Source of the DNA: Octopus sinensis
Lineage: Eukaryota
DNA length: 64,000 bases
Direction of reading: 5' to 3'
Assembly: GCF_006345805.1 (NCBI RefSeq)
Contig: NC_043000.1
Coordinates: 35,030,001-35,094,000 of the forward strand
Part shown: positions 50,553 to 63,027 of the stretch, one piece after another
Layout: every line of letters starts with the position of its first letter
Numbering within the stretch: position 1 is the first letter of the stretch
Made by a program: the position numbers and the translations under genes
The notes under the pieces: generated by a model
Database searches by the model: none
What the model was told of the DNA's origin: nothing
Seen by the model: only the letters and a program-made list of their open reading frames with translations

Positions 50553-52054
50553 TATGTTTCTTGATGATTGTTGCTTAACAAGCCACATGTAACTGGAAGT
50601 AACTGTATCATCCCTCCCCCTCAACAAAAAAAAATATAGAATTACAAAGCTAATGCTTTTTGAAATTTTATCAACTCCCAAACTTCCAATTTTCCTCTTC
50701 TTAGAACTATTTCTTCAACAAAACAAAGCAGAAAGAAAAAGCTGATTTTAGCAGGGTTTTTTTTTTTTCCTTTTTTAAAAGAAATAAATCCTGAATTCAT
50801 AAACAATGCATAAAATATTTCAGTCAGTTAATTAAAATTGTCTTTTGCAGTTATTTCGTTTATTACTAATGATATGTATGAAATATATATAAATATATGT
50901 ATGAGTGACACCTTTACACTACAGTGTAGTGCAGGAAACAAACGAAAATAGAGTATTGGCTATTTATGTGCATGTGTGTGTGTTAAGTGTGTGGTGAGAT
51001 GTGTGTGTGTGTATGGTTATTACACATACATTCAGTTACAATGTTGTGCAATCAAACCTAATGTCATTTCAGGCTCCAGTCCTACACTAATATAAAAGTG
51101 TGTTTATGTACACCAATATATATATCATCACATTCAATGATGATGATGATATGTGGATATAGATAGGTAGAGAGAGAGAGAGAGAGGCAGACAGACAATG
51201 CTTCAGCCATATTTTTATGTTAGTGTACTGATATCCATAATTTTATCTTTCTAGTTGTATTCAGTTGCTGTACAGTTCGAAAAGTGAAGCCACTGGTCAA
51301 GCAAGGCTACTGTTTGTTGCAGATCTAGCTGCTGATGTTGTGTGTGTGTGTAATTGCTTTAGTTCCATAGTGTAGGATAGAGTGAGTAATGGAGAGATTG
51401 ATGGCTGGTCAGACAGACAGACAGCTAGACAACAAGGCAGACAGCAAATGCTCTGGCCAACTATGAAGCCAGCAGCAGCAGCAGCAGCAGCTGCAGCCGG
51501 CTGACTGGCTAGTTGTGGCCAGCCATGCTTATTGATCAACCACTGATGAAGGGTGTGAACATGGACAATCAATAGTTAGGAAGGCCAAAGTATGTGTTTA
51601 CATCTTTGTGGAACTCATGCACAGAAAATAGTAGATCAACATTGTAGCCAGTGCTAGCTACTGCTGACCAACCAAGCAACTTGTAAATAATAGTGGTCAA
51701 AAGGAGACTGACAGTCTAGCAGTAGACTCACTAACAAACTGGCTTCTCTTATTCCATCCAATATAGTTTCTCCAAATTTTATTTATCAATCCCACCTTAA
51801 TTATATTTATCTAGTCTCTCCTTATTTATCCTTTCCCCCCTCCTTTTCTATTACGTATTTGTTTTTATCTTCTTCTACTCTCTTTCTCTTTCTTCTTCTT
51901 CCTTTTCTCTCTCTCTCACCTTTTTTTCTCTTTCTTTCATCCCCACCTCTCTGTTTCCTAATCAAACTCAGTTATATCTTTACTGCACATTTCTCTCTAG
52001 TTGTACCCACCACCCCTCAATTCATTACCTTTATGCCTCTCTGTCTTGATATTT

Positions 52055-52102
<48 letters not shown>

Positions 52103-52688
52103 ATATATATCTAATTATGTATGTATACATTAAACTGTAGTCTATCATATATCTATGTTAATCTTCTTGCCTTTTTAGTGGACTCTGTGTCTATGTTTGT
52201 CCATTTACCTATCTATCTTCCGAGATCATTTATCCACCTACCAACCTACCAGCCAGCCTACTTACCTACATACCTACACACACACACACACACATGCACA
52301 CACCTCACTCTCTCTCTCTCTCTCTCTTTAATTTCTATATATCTGGTGGTATGTGTGTAGCAATATTATATACATTCAATACTAACATACCTATCTCCTT
52401 GCTTATCCGTTTTGTTTGTTCCTCTCTCTTTATATTACCTGTTTATGTTTACTGTTTATTTCCATATTTGTTTTCTGATTCTCCAACCTTCAAGGTGACA
52501 GAGGTGTGTCTATTGATAGTTATTATGGCTGATATTACTAATGGACTTGGTTTTGTTGTAATTATGTTGTTGCTAATAAAGTTGTTTTGTCTGTCAGATA
52601 CACTTTCAAAAGTTCTTTTCACTATCAGCCTCACCAATTTTAGCTTTTCTCTTCCCAAATGTCCTTCACATAAAGCCAATCATTACAC

Positions 52689-52721
<33 letters not shown>

Positions 52722-53271
52722 TTATACACCAGAATGGTTACCTTTTAGCATGGCACTTTGTGTAGATATATATGAATAACTGTGTAGGTGTATATGCGTG
52801 TGTGTTTGCACATGCATATAAACGTACGTATTTATGAATATTTACATATTCAATCAAACTGCCCACATATACCCATATATACATAATCATGTGTAGACTG
52901 TGACCTGTATACGCATACTAAATTGAATGTTACATTACATATTCTCCTTTTATGACTGCATCTACACACAATGTGCATATGGGAGTTACTAATAAAATGT
53001 GTGTACACATGCTAATGTGCATTCTGTTGTTTATTTGCAATCTGCCAACCTTCTTCTTCTTCTTGCCCAGCCAACTTCTTCACCTCTTGAACCATCAATC
53101 TTCAGCCCTACCAGCCAGCATGAGACATCTCTGCACTTCTTATTTGCCATCTTTTATTTTTTCTTTCCTTCTTAGTTGTGTTGACTGAAGCTTCCTGGTC
53201 AAAAAGTTGTACTGCTGGACTGGACAGACATATTTTATATATCTGTTTCTGTGTGTGTGTGTGTTGTTTAG

Positions 53272-53352
53272 GTTGAAGCTTTTCTTGTCAAGAATACATT
53301 AGTACCGACCTTGTGTCCACCATGCTGCTGGTCTGAGCTGTCACAGTCATGT
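53272..53352 (+). other. Candidate 81-nt exon
   Basis: gtgttgtttag|gttgaagct...cagtcatgt|gtatgt; open frame VEAFLVKNTLVPTLCPPCCWSELSQSC; flanked by (TG)n so signals may be fortuitous. Confidence 0.25.
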
Positions 53353-53448
53353 GTATGTGGATAGATTTTAATTTGCTTATATCTGTATATGTATGGGACT
53401 GAATGTTTCTTTGTGTATGTGTGTATATAACATACAAACACACACATG

Positions 53449-53488
<40 letters not shown>

Positions 53489-54904
53489 TATAATCAGTAA
53501 TTTTCACGTTCATAAATGGGTGTGTAGTCTGTGTATATGTGTAATTCTGAAATAAAGTATATATTTCATATTTACGTTAATTAAAATATGCATATCTTAA
53601 TGTTCATTCCATATTATGCACTGTTGAGTGGTGCAACAGTTCATATACACACAACCATGCATACACTATGTGCACATACAGTTCACTGTATACATACACA
53701 CTCAGGGCCTACTATATATGTGTGTCTATACACACACAACCCATCATAACAATAATCACACCAATATTTATGAAATTCTTCTTGCCACATCTAAATTCTA
53801 AATTTTCTAGAGACACAGGTGTGCACCTCACTCTGGCATTATCTCACCTGGTTTTTTCCCCTCCCTCACACTGTTCCACTTTATCTTCTTTCCTATTTTC
53901 TTTTTGTCTTTAATTCCATTCCCATCCTATTTTATATTTAATCATCTTGCATGTTCTTTCACATTTTTTATTTGTTTTTTTTTCATTCAGTTTGTTTTGT
54001 TCATTTACTTCTTTCTTCCTTTTAGTCTTTCATTGAATCTTGTTTTCTTTCTTTGCTTTGTTCTTTCTCTCCTTCATTTTCTTATTCTTCCCTTTTCCTC
54101 CCCACCTCCTTCATCTTTCCATTCTTTCTCATTTCTGCCATTCCCTCTTTCTATACATTTGGTATAGACTTTTATCTCCACATGCCTCATTCATTATTGG
54201 AGTTGTCCCCCCATTAACTTGTGTATTTCTTCTTAGATTTCTACTTTCTTTATTGCTAATTTATTCAGTTATTTTCACCTATGTTGTTCACACACACACA
54301 CACTGATGTACAGAAAAAGGATTTAACTGATGTTATTGTCTGGCATGTAGCTTAAATCCTAATACTCAGTCTTCAACCATTCTACTTACAATAAAACAAT
54401 TAACTGATGGAAGCCTGTGGAAACCCTCAATACAAGAGAAGCCAAATCCAACCACATCAAATATGGTTGTTTTTAAAATATCCTGCACAATTATTATTAT
54501 TATTATCATTTCTTGTTCTATTTTCAGTTCTTTAATGTAAACCTCTTGTTTACTTTTTACATTTAACAGAAGTAGTAGAGTTAAGGTAGTTTAACATATT
54601 TCATGCAAGGAGCATTAAAAATGCGACTAGAAATAATTATATGGAGCTACCACACTCTTAGTCAATACATCTAAATGGATGTATTTATAAAGGTATCTCC
54701 ATGTACAGAGCTTATGTCATAAAGATAAAAACTCCAAATTCAAATTTTTGGTTTAACTATTTTCCATGTATCACTAATGAACATCACAACTTATCAATCA
54801 TCCATTTTTAATTTTTATTTTCTGGAACACCATAGATTCTTGTTAATCACTCCTTACTAATTATTCAAAATAAATTATTGTCGATGGTTGTTTTTTGTCA
54901 TGTT

Positions 54905-54982
54905 ATCATCATCATCATTTACCATCCCTTTTCCATGCTGGCATGGGTTAGATGGTTTGACTGGAACTAGTAAGCTGGAGAA
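54905..54982 (-). mobile_element. Family A 3' end fragment
   Basis: catcatcatttaccatcccttttccatgctggcatgggttagatggtttgac. Confidence 0.8.
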
Positions 54983-55511
54983 CTTATAATGTATTATTAT
55001 TGATTTTACATGGGTGTTATAGGTGATAGAATGGGATATCAAGAGGGTGTTGTAGCCTAAATAGTTGGGATCAGAGTAGCTATATGCTTGGGGTCATATG
55101 TTATAAAGATGACAATATAAGTTACAACATCCATTTAATTAGTATTGATAAGGATACATAAAACCAATGCCAGTCACTTATATTTACTGTACTTGATGAC
55201 ACATTCTTGTCAGAGAACCCTGATTCTGAGGCTAGCATGTAATGACTGCTGGCATATATCAAGTCATAATAGTTTGATGGAATTCATTTCATCTCTCATT
55301 TGTTTCATGATCAGAAATGCATTCCATCTTCTCCATTCCTTTAACTCTGTCAATTGTCTAAAGATACCAGTTACGTTTTAAAGAGAATTTGATTAATTTA
55401 GTTTGTTTGAATTTAGGAAAAAACTAGACTCTCCAATTTAATTTCTGTATGAAATGTAACCCTGCAGGTTACTTTCTTACCCTTTAGTATACTTTTCATG
55501 TAATCAATATA

Positions 55512-56317
55512 CAGGGTATTTGGGCTAAATTTGATGATCTTTTATGTCTCCCTTTTTCCAAGAACAGATCAGTCTATTAGTGAATAGTCAATAGCATTGG
55601 TGAGCATAAAGATCAGTGTTGTAGTTGAGAAAAAGTTTGTTGACCTGAAGGACTAGAAGTCATCTGAATATTAGCAAAGGGTTACCCGTATCATGGTGGT
55701 TCACATCAGGTGTCAAAATGTTGACATCACTTCTGCTCAGTGCTCTATGAACATGGTAAAGATGTGAACAGATGCAATGAAGAGTACGAAGCTATGGCTT
55801 GTAGGAGAGGCAGCGGGCATTTTGATTATGTTCATGTGCCAGAATCCATCCCCACATCTTTAAACAGGGCCTTTGGCTCAATTCAGATGGCTATATGAAG
55901 CTGCTGGAAACTGAAGTCAAACTTCAGCTGGAGAGAGTTGTGGCTTGAAGGCCATATGTATAGTTGCAGGAATTGGCTCCTTGTCATACCTCTACAAAAT
56001 GTCAGAAGGGTTGTTGAAGAACTTCTGACTTCACCAGTTCCAATTTCTGGGCTCCTAATTTCTCTGATTGTAATCTGATGGATTGCTCTGTGTAGATCAC
56101 ATTTGAGAAAGACATCAACCACTGTCTGCAACATTAAGGGTGAGCTGACAGCCAAGATCAGGAAAGTGTTTGAAAACCTTCTCAGGAATGTACGGAGTAA
56201 TGCATGGACCAGGTTCCAGAAATTAAAAAATTTTTTTCGATAAATACTTTCATTTTTGGATTGAGTATTGTTTTCTTTTCCTTTATGCAAACTGTTGAAT
56301 TTAGCCTCAACACCCTG
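55512..56317 (+). mobile_element. Second, older DD37D-type Tc1/mariner deletion derivative
   Basis: TA|cagggtatttgggctaaatt ... aatttagcctcaacaccctg|TA; degenerate NSDGYMKLLE..RPYV*LQELAPCHTS..FWAPNFSDCNLMD. Confidence 0.85.
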
Positions 56318-56444
56318 TACATGGGAAATAGATGCCATTTCAGTAATAGAGTATGTGTCACTCTTTTTATCTGCAAAATATTTATATTGTTTTAAAAAAA
56401 AAAACAAAAAGAAAAAAGCATAATGTTAGTAAGGAATTTAGCTG

Positions 56445-56545
56445 CCAATTTATTTGGTTGGACTTTGCATGTTCTTCTGACTTGCCAGCTCCTGTCAAAC
56501 TGGTAAACTCATTCCAGCATGGTAAACAGACGATTGATGAAGATG
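56445..56545 (+). mobile_element. Family A 3' end fragment
   Basis: cttgccagctcctgtcaaactgg..ccagcatggtaaacagacgattgatgaagatg. Confidence 0.65.
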
Positions 56546-56672
56546 AAAAGTGCAGATGAAACACGGAAATGGTTAAACAAAACACATAGTAATTTGTATT
56601 AATGAATCGATAAGTCAGTATAGGTGCAACAATACATGTATTCATACTTTGATATGTGTTGTGTGTGTCTTG

Positions 56673-56724
56673 ATATATATATATATATAATATAATATAT
56701 ATATATATATAATATATATATATA

Positions 56725-56790
<66 letters not shown>

Positions 56791-57675
56791 TATATGTATA
56801 TATGTATATATATATTATATGTATTATATGTATATATATATATTATATGTATAATATGTATATATATATATATTATATGTATTATATGTATATTATATAT
56901 ATTATATGATATATATATGTATATATATATATATATATTATATGTATATATATAGGTATACATATGTATATATTATATGTATATATATATTATATATATA
57001 TTATATGTATATATATATTATATGTATAATATGTATATATGTATATATTATATGTATATATATATATATATTATATGTATATATATGTATATATATATTA
57101 TATGTATATATATATATATGATATATATGTATACATATGTATATATTATATGTATGTATATATTATATGTATATATATATTATATGTATATATATATTAT
57201 ATGTATATATATGTATACATATGTATATATTATATGTATACATATGTATATATTATATGTATACATATGTATATATTATATGTAATATATGTATATATTA
57301 TATGTATACATATGTATATATTATATGTATATATATGTAATATATATATATATATATATAGGTATACATATGTATATATTATATGTATATATATGTATAT
57401 ATATATGTATATATATATGTATACATATGTATATATTATATGTATATATATATAGGTATACATATGTATATATTATATGTATATATATGTATACATATGT
57501 ATATATTATATGTATACATATGTATATATTATATGTATACATATGTATATATTATATGTATACATATGTATATATTATACGTATACATATGTATATATTA
57601 TATGTATATATATTATATATATATTATATGTATATATTTGTATATATATATATATTATGCATGTATATATTTGTG

Positions 57676-57710
<35 letters not shown>

Positions 57711-57712
57711 GC

Positions 57713-57745
<33 letters not shown>
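56673..57745. repeat. ~1.07-kb (TA)n-derived array with 17-23-bp higher-order units
   Basis: tatatattatatgtata and tatatattatatgtatacatatg units. Confidence 0.95.
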
Positions 57746-57747
<2 letters not shown>

Positions 57748-57962
57748 CATTTTTTACTTGTGATCTGTGCTCATCGTGAGAGTCTGCCATTAGTTTGACA
57801 ACACTTTCACCTACTTGAAACCTCCTCTGATATGTGTGTGCGTGTGCATCCATCAATCCATGCACACACGCAGGCACAGACACACAGAGACACAGAAACA
57901 CACATTTACACATGCTTGTACATACATACATATCATATACATGCACACTTATATATACTTAC

Positions 57963-58013
57963 AGCTGTGATGCTAGACAAGTTATTGCATGGCTTCGCCC
58001 TTTTGAGCTAAAT
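57963..58013 (-). other. Candidate 51-nt exon
   Basis: Minus strand ctcttttttgactcattctcatag|atttagc...cacagct|gtaagt; open frame FSSKGRSHAITCLASQ; may be antisense to a Tc1-like remnant. Confidence 0.25.
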
Positions 58014-58254
58014 CTATGAGAATGAGTCAAAAAAGAGTTGTGGTTTTGAAGAAAAATCTCATGAATTCTATTTCCTGTCTCTGAACTGTTTATGTAAACT
58101 ATACGAACACTGTGGAATTCCTGCAGTAAATCCAGTTGCATGCATATTTCTACTGTACGATGACTTCAGGTAGCCAATAACTGTGGACAAGCTTTACACA
58201 GCATTCTGCAAGGTTTCTACACAAAATGTGTAATATATGTATTCAAAGATTGGG

Positions 58255-58680
58255 CCTGACAGAGGCAACAACAAGTGATCAAGACCTTTGGTGATATGCC
58301 GTGCTTGAGAAGACCCGTTGAGCCAAGTGAAATCGTAGTCATGGCTGATGCCGGGGTGGTTTAATGACCCATTAAAAACACTGTTCAATCATTGGGCGAT
58401 ATGATGTGCTTGTGAGGATCTTTTAAACCGGTTGAAATCTTAGTTAAAGCTAATGCCAGTGCTGTCTGATTGGCACCAATGCTGGTGGGACATAAAGAGC
58501 ACCATGTGAGTGTTTGACCTCATGGAGGCAGTGACATGTGATCAAGGCCTTTGGTGATATACCATGCCTGTATTGACCTGTCAAGCCAGGTAAAACTGCA
58601 GTCAGGGCTGATGCTAGTGTCAGTTCAATGGCACTTGTGCTGGTGGCACATAAACAGCACCCACAATACACTCGGAGTCC
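58255..58680 (+). mobile_element. Family A-related upstream segment present twice in tandem
   Basis: gtgatcaagacctttggtgatatgccgtgcttg near 58275 repeated as gtgatcaaggcctttggtgatataccatgcctg near 58538. Confidence 0.7.
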
Positions 58681-58687
58681 CTTGTGT

Positions 58688-58728
<41 letters not shown>

Positions 58729-58881
58729 TATATATATGTATAGAAATAGATATGCATATATATATGTGTGTGTGTGTGTATATATATACCTACAAATATA
58801 TATATATACATATATGTATACAAATATATATATATGTATACAAATATATATATATGTATACAAATATATATACGTATACAG

Positions 58882-58912
<31 letters not shown>

Positions 58913-59173
58913 TATATATGTATACGAATATATATATATGTATATATATATATATTATATATATATACATACATACATATATATATATATATACATATAT
59001 ATGTATACAAATATATACATATATATATATAATATATATACATACATATATAATATATATATACATATATATGTATACAAATATATACATATATATATAT
59101 ATATACATATATATGTATACAAATATATACATATATATATATATAATACATATATATGTATACAAATATATAC

Positions 59174-59210
<37 letters not shown>

Positions 59211-59241
59211 CATATATATATATATACAATATATATATTAT

Positions 59242-59272
<31 letters not shown>

Positions 59273-59278
59273 CATATT
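58688..59278. repeat. (TA)/(CA)-derived array with atatgtatacaaat units
   Basis: Direct reading. Confidence 0.95.
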
Positions 59279-59282
59279 TTTT

Positions 59283-60128
59283 CTTTTTTTTTTTGCTTGT
59301 TTCAGCTCAGAGCTGTGGCCATGCTGATGCACCACCATTTTGTGCTTCATTGTTATTAAGAAGAACCTCCTCTAATATGTGGCACTTGGTGAAGAATGGA
59401 GTTTGACATAGCTACTCTCATTTGCACCTCTTGCCTTGAGGTAGGTTCATCTGGGACTCTCGACAGGAAGATGTCCAGCTTTAATTTAAAAACCGCTACA
59501 TCTACTTTGTGCAAGTTCCTCAGACTCTTTGGGAGAATATTAAAAATCTGTGGGCCCTTGAAACCCAGGCTGTTGCAGAAGCTGGTCCTGAAGCGTGATG
59601 GCATTGCTGGGATCTTTGGCACTATGCAGTGTCGTCCTGTTCTAGCATTGGTGTAGCTTACAATGCCAAAATTTTGCACAATTTCTTCCAGTATCTTCCA
59701 GACATATATTACTGCATACCTCTCCCGTCTTCTCTCTAGGCAGTAGAGTCTTAGCTGTTTCAACCTTTCCCAGTAGCTGAGCTGTTTCAACCTTTCCCAG
59801 TAGCTGAGCTGTTCCAACGAGACGATCTTCTTTGTGAATCTTCTGGATTGCTTCAAGGTCCGCTGTTAATTTTACACTGGTGGGTGACCATAGCTGTGAG
59901 CAGTAATCCAGGCGGCTGAGGATGAATGTCTGCCAGAGGACCATCAAGGTTTCCTTATCTCTGGTCCTGAATGTTCTTAGGATCCATCCAGCCAGTCGTC
60001 TGCACTTTCTCGCCATCCTGGTAACGTGCACTTGGAAAGAGATATCATCAGTCATGTTGATACCCAGGTCCCTGGGATTGAAATTCCCTGTGGATTGGTG
60101 TATCCTGTAAGTTTAATATTCAGTTTTG
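59283..60128 (-). mobile_element. 5'-truncated CR1/L2-group LINE with intact 3' UTR and A-rich tail
   Basis: [49 protein letters not shown], frameshift, RRFTKKI..LSYWERLK (27-bp duplication)..LERRRERY..GPQIFNILPK..VPDEP; 3' UTR ends cagctctgagctgaaacaag(A)n. Confidence 0.95.
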
Positions 60129-60132
60129 GATG

Positions 60133-60179
<47 letters not shown>

Positions 60180-60190
60180 CACACACACAA

Positions 60191-60237
60191 GGCCACAGCT
60201 CGTGAGCTGAAACTACATAAAATGAAAAAAAAATGAA
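60191..60237 (+). mobile_element. Ultra-short LINE-type 3' tail, opposite orientation to the adjacent LINE
   Basis: ggccacagctcgtgagctgaaactacataaaatgaaaaaaaaa. Confidence 0.75.
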
Positions 60238-60338
60238 TATATATATACATATACATACATATATATTATACATATACACATACATATATATGTATACAAA
60301 TATATATATATATATATATATACTAATATATATGTATA

Positions 60339-60686
60339 TATGTATAAAAAACACAAACTGGGACAAGAACGCAACACATTTTGAAGACTCTACAAAAAAC
60401 ACGCATGGGACATTCGAAGCCTTCAATGTTCAGTCAAGAACTGGATCATCCTCGCAATTTCTGCTGATTAATCTTGAAATTGCTCCAATCTGGTCCGCTC
60501 CAAGGAAAGACTAAGCTAAGCGCATTAGATTCCTTGGAAGAAAGCTTCAAATGTATACAAAACAAGGACAGAAAAACGGACGATGTTATACGAATATGAA
60601 TACAAAAATAATGTCCCGTCCTTGTTTTTTGTATCGTCTTCAAAATGTTTTTCATTCTCGTCCCAGTTTGTATTTTTTTATACATA
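60339..60686. mobile_element. MITE-like element with ~85-bp inverted arms, TA-flanked
   Basis: tatgtataaaaaacacaaactgggacaagaacg..gggacatt vs aatgtccc..ctcgtcccagtttgtatttttttatacata. Confidence 0.85.
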
Positions 60687-60756
60687 TTTATATATATTAA
60701 TAGCAGTGTACGTACCCCCTCTCTTATATATATGTAAATACATATATATGTATATA

Positions 60757-60810
<54 letters not shown>

Positions 60811-60811
60811 C

Positions 60812-60842
<31 letters not shown>

Positions 60843-61043
60843 TGTATACATATATATATAGTATATATATATATATATACAATATATATATATACAATAT
60901 ATAATATATATATACATTTATTTGTATACATATATATACAAACATAAGTGCAGGTGTGGCTATATATATATATATATATATATACTAATGTATATTAGTT
61001 TATATACTAATATATATGTATACATGTTACGGATGTGTAGGTA

Positions 61044-61084
<41 letters not shown>

Positions 61085-61116
61085 CATATATGTGCATGTA
61101 TGTATAAATAAATGTA

Positions 61117-61167
<51 letters not shown>

Positions 61168-61219
61168 TCATATATATGTGTGTATATATGTATACATGCA
61201 TACACACAGAGAGGCATTC

Positions 61220-61272
<53 letters not shown>

Positions 61273-61313
61273 CTACACACAAATTTATTCAATATATATA
61301 TAAACACACATGC

Positions 61314-61344
<31 letters not shown>

Positions 61345-61400
61345 ATATACATGTGTGTATGTATATATACATTTCAGTGTGTGTTTATATATACCTGTAC
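60687..61400. repeat. (TA)/(CA)/(TG) compound microsatellite field
   Basis: Direct reading. Confidence 0.95.
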
Positions 61401-62460
61401 GTATATATCTTTCTATAAAGTAAATAATCAGTCTTACATAAAGTTTTCACTTCACTTGTGTACTCATTAATCAAACATCACTGATTTACATTTTATTCCT
61501 CTTCGTTATCCTAATTCTTTTCATTAGTTCTTCATTTTTGTCTCGTTATTTATTTATTAATTTATTGACCAATTCATGTCTACCTTTCCCATAATCCCTA
61601 TCTCACCAAATTTCAGATATGTTTAGTTACTTCTGTTCTTAAGGTCTCCTGGCTGTATCTGGGATTTGTTTTTGTTTTTAATTCCTTAAGTTTTTCTGTT
61701 GTGCTTAATATTCTATTGATATTCTTGCTTACAATAAGTATATGCTTATTTAATTATGTAAGTTAACAATTGCATTAATTAATATCATTAAATACAAAAT
61801 GAAGTAGATGTTTTTTCGACAAGACTGAGGGAGAGAACACATTTGATAAAATTGTGATATCATTAAAAGAACACTGTAGAGTTATCGGTTCATGGTACAT
61901 CTTTCTCTCTTATGCTATGTTAGTAGCTGATCTGTTATAAAAGTGATCAATACCATGTCAAAATATCTACATGACTTTGTGATTGATATAGTTGTATAGC
62001 AAAAATTGGACTTGCGATTCTATAGTTGTTATTTGCGGGTCCCTTTTTAGCAAGGCTCTGTAAACCTGTTTAGAAAATTGTCAAGGCCCACATACACACA
62101 CACACACTGATATAACATAGGTAGATGATAGCAGCATGTTGACAGTGGCAGAAGAAATTTCACTACTGCAATAATCATTGTGTACAGGGAAATAATTGCA
62201 GTGACTATCTTCATTATTCAACTAAGTCAACCTGTAATGACATCCCATCATTAATTTTAGAAATGCTCAATTATTTTAAAATCACTGAATAGATTGTATT
62301 TAATTTTTCTAAAGAATATTTATTTTCTTTTGTTTTTTTTTATGTGATTTATAATACACAACTTATTTCTTCTAAATATATTCATACAATTTTACCATAC
62401 TGGCTTATTATTGTTGTCATTACTTTTTCTTTCTTTTTAAATAATAATCCTAGTACTATT

Positions 62461-62679
62461 AAGGCAGCAAGCTGGCAACATTGTTAGGGTATTAAAAACA
62501 AATACCCTAACAATTCTGACTCATTATGTTAGGAGTTCAAATGACGCTGTGGTCGACTTTGCTTTCATCTTTTTAGGGTCTATAAAATAAGTACGAAGCA
62601 AGTATTTACGTTGAGTATGATCGACTAACCCCTTCTCTAAAATTGCCGAAATTGTTCCAAAACCCCTTTATTATAATTA

Positions 62680-62712
<33 letters not shown>
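62461..62712 (+). mobile_element. Family C SINE, degenerate, with (TTA)n tail
   Basis: aaggcagcaagctggcaac..ggagttcaaatgacgctgtggtcgactttgctttcatc. Confidence 0.75.
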
Positions 62713-62713
<1 letters not shown>

Positions 62714-62880
62714 GGCGGAGGAGTGGCTGTGTGGTAAGTAGCTTGCTTACCAACCACATGGTTCCGGGTTCAGTCCCACTGCATGGCACCTTGGACAAGT
62801 GTCTTCTACTATAGCCTCAGGCCGACTAAAGCCTTGTGAGTGGACTTGGTAGACGGAAACTGAAAGAAGCCTGTTGTATA
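62713..62880 (+). mobile_element. Family B SINE 5' half, young
   Basis: aggcggaggagtggctgtgtggtaagtagcttgcttaccaaccacatggttccgggttcagtcccact. Confidence 0.93.
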
Positions 62881-63027
62881 TATGCATATGCATATATGAT
62901 ACCCTATGCTCATAGGGTATCAGTTACCTGTGCTATCCCTGGGTATGGTATGCAGGTACGCTATGCTCATAGGGTACAGGTAGCAACAGAATAAACAAAA
63001 GTTTATCAGGAATGAAATTTAAATAAT

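Noticed and set aside
55883-56407. 174-aa minus-strand ORF
   Set aside because: Antisense to a degenerate plus-strand DD37D transposase bounded by TIRs.
57980-58235. Possible Tc1 transposase C-terminal remnant on the plus strand
   Set aside because: Similarity is spread over different frames and no TIRs were found; kept only as a caveat for the 57963-58013 exon candidate.
59283-60237. Apparent terminal inverted repeats around the LINE fragment
   Set aside because: The left repeat is the LINE's own 3' tail and the right is a separate tail in opposite orientation; not a DNA transposon.
56773-61470. Many long ORFs (up to 258 aa) rich in Y/I/C/M/H/T
   Set aside because: They are translations of (TA)/(CA)/(TG) arrays, which lack stop codons in some frames; no coding complexity.
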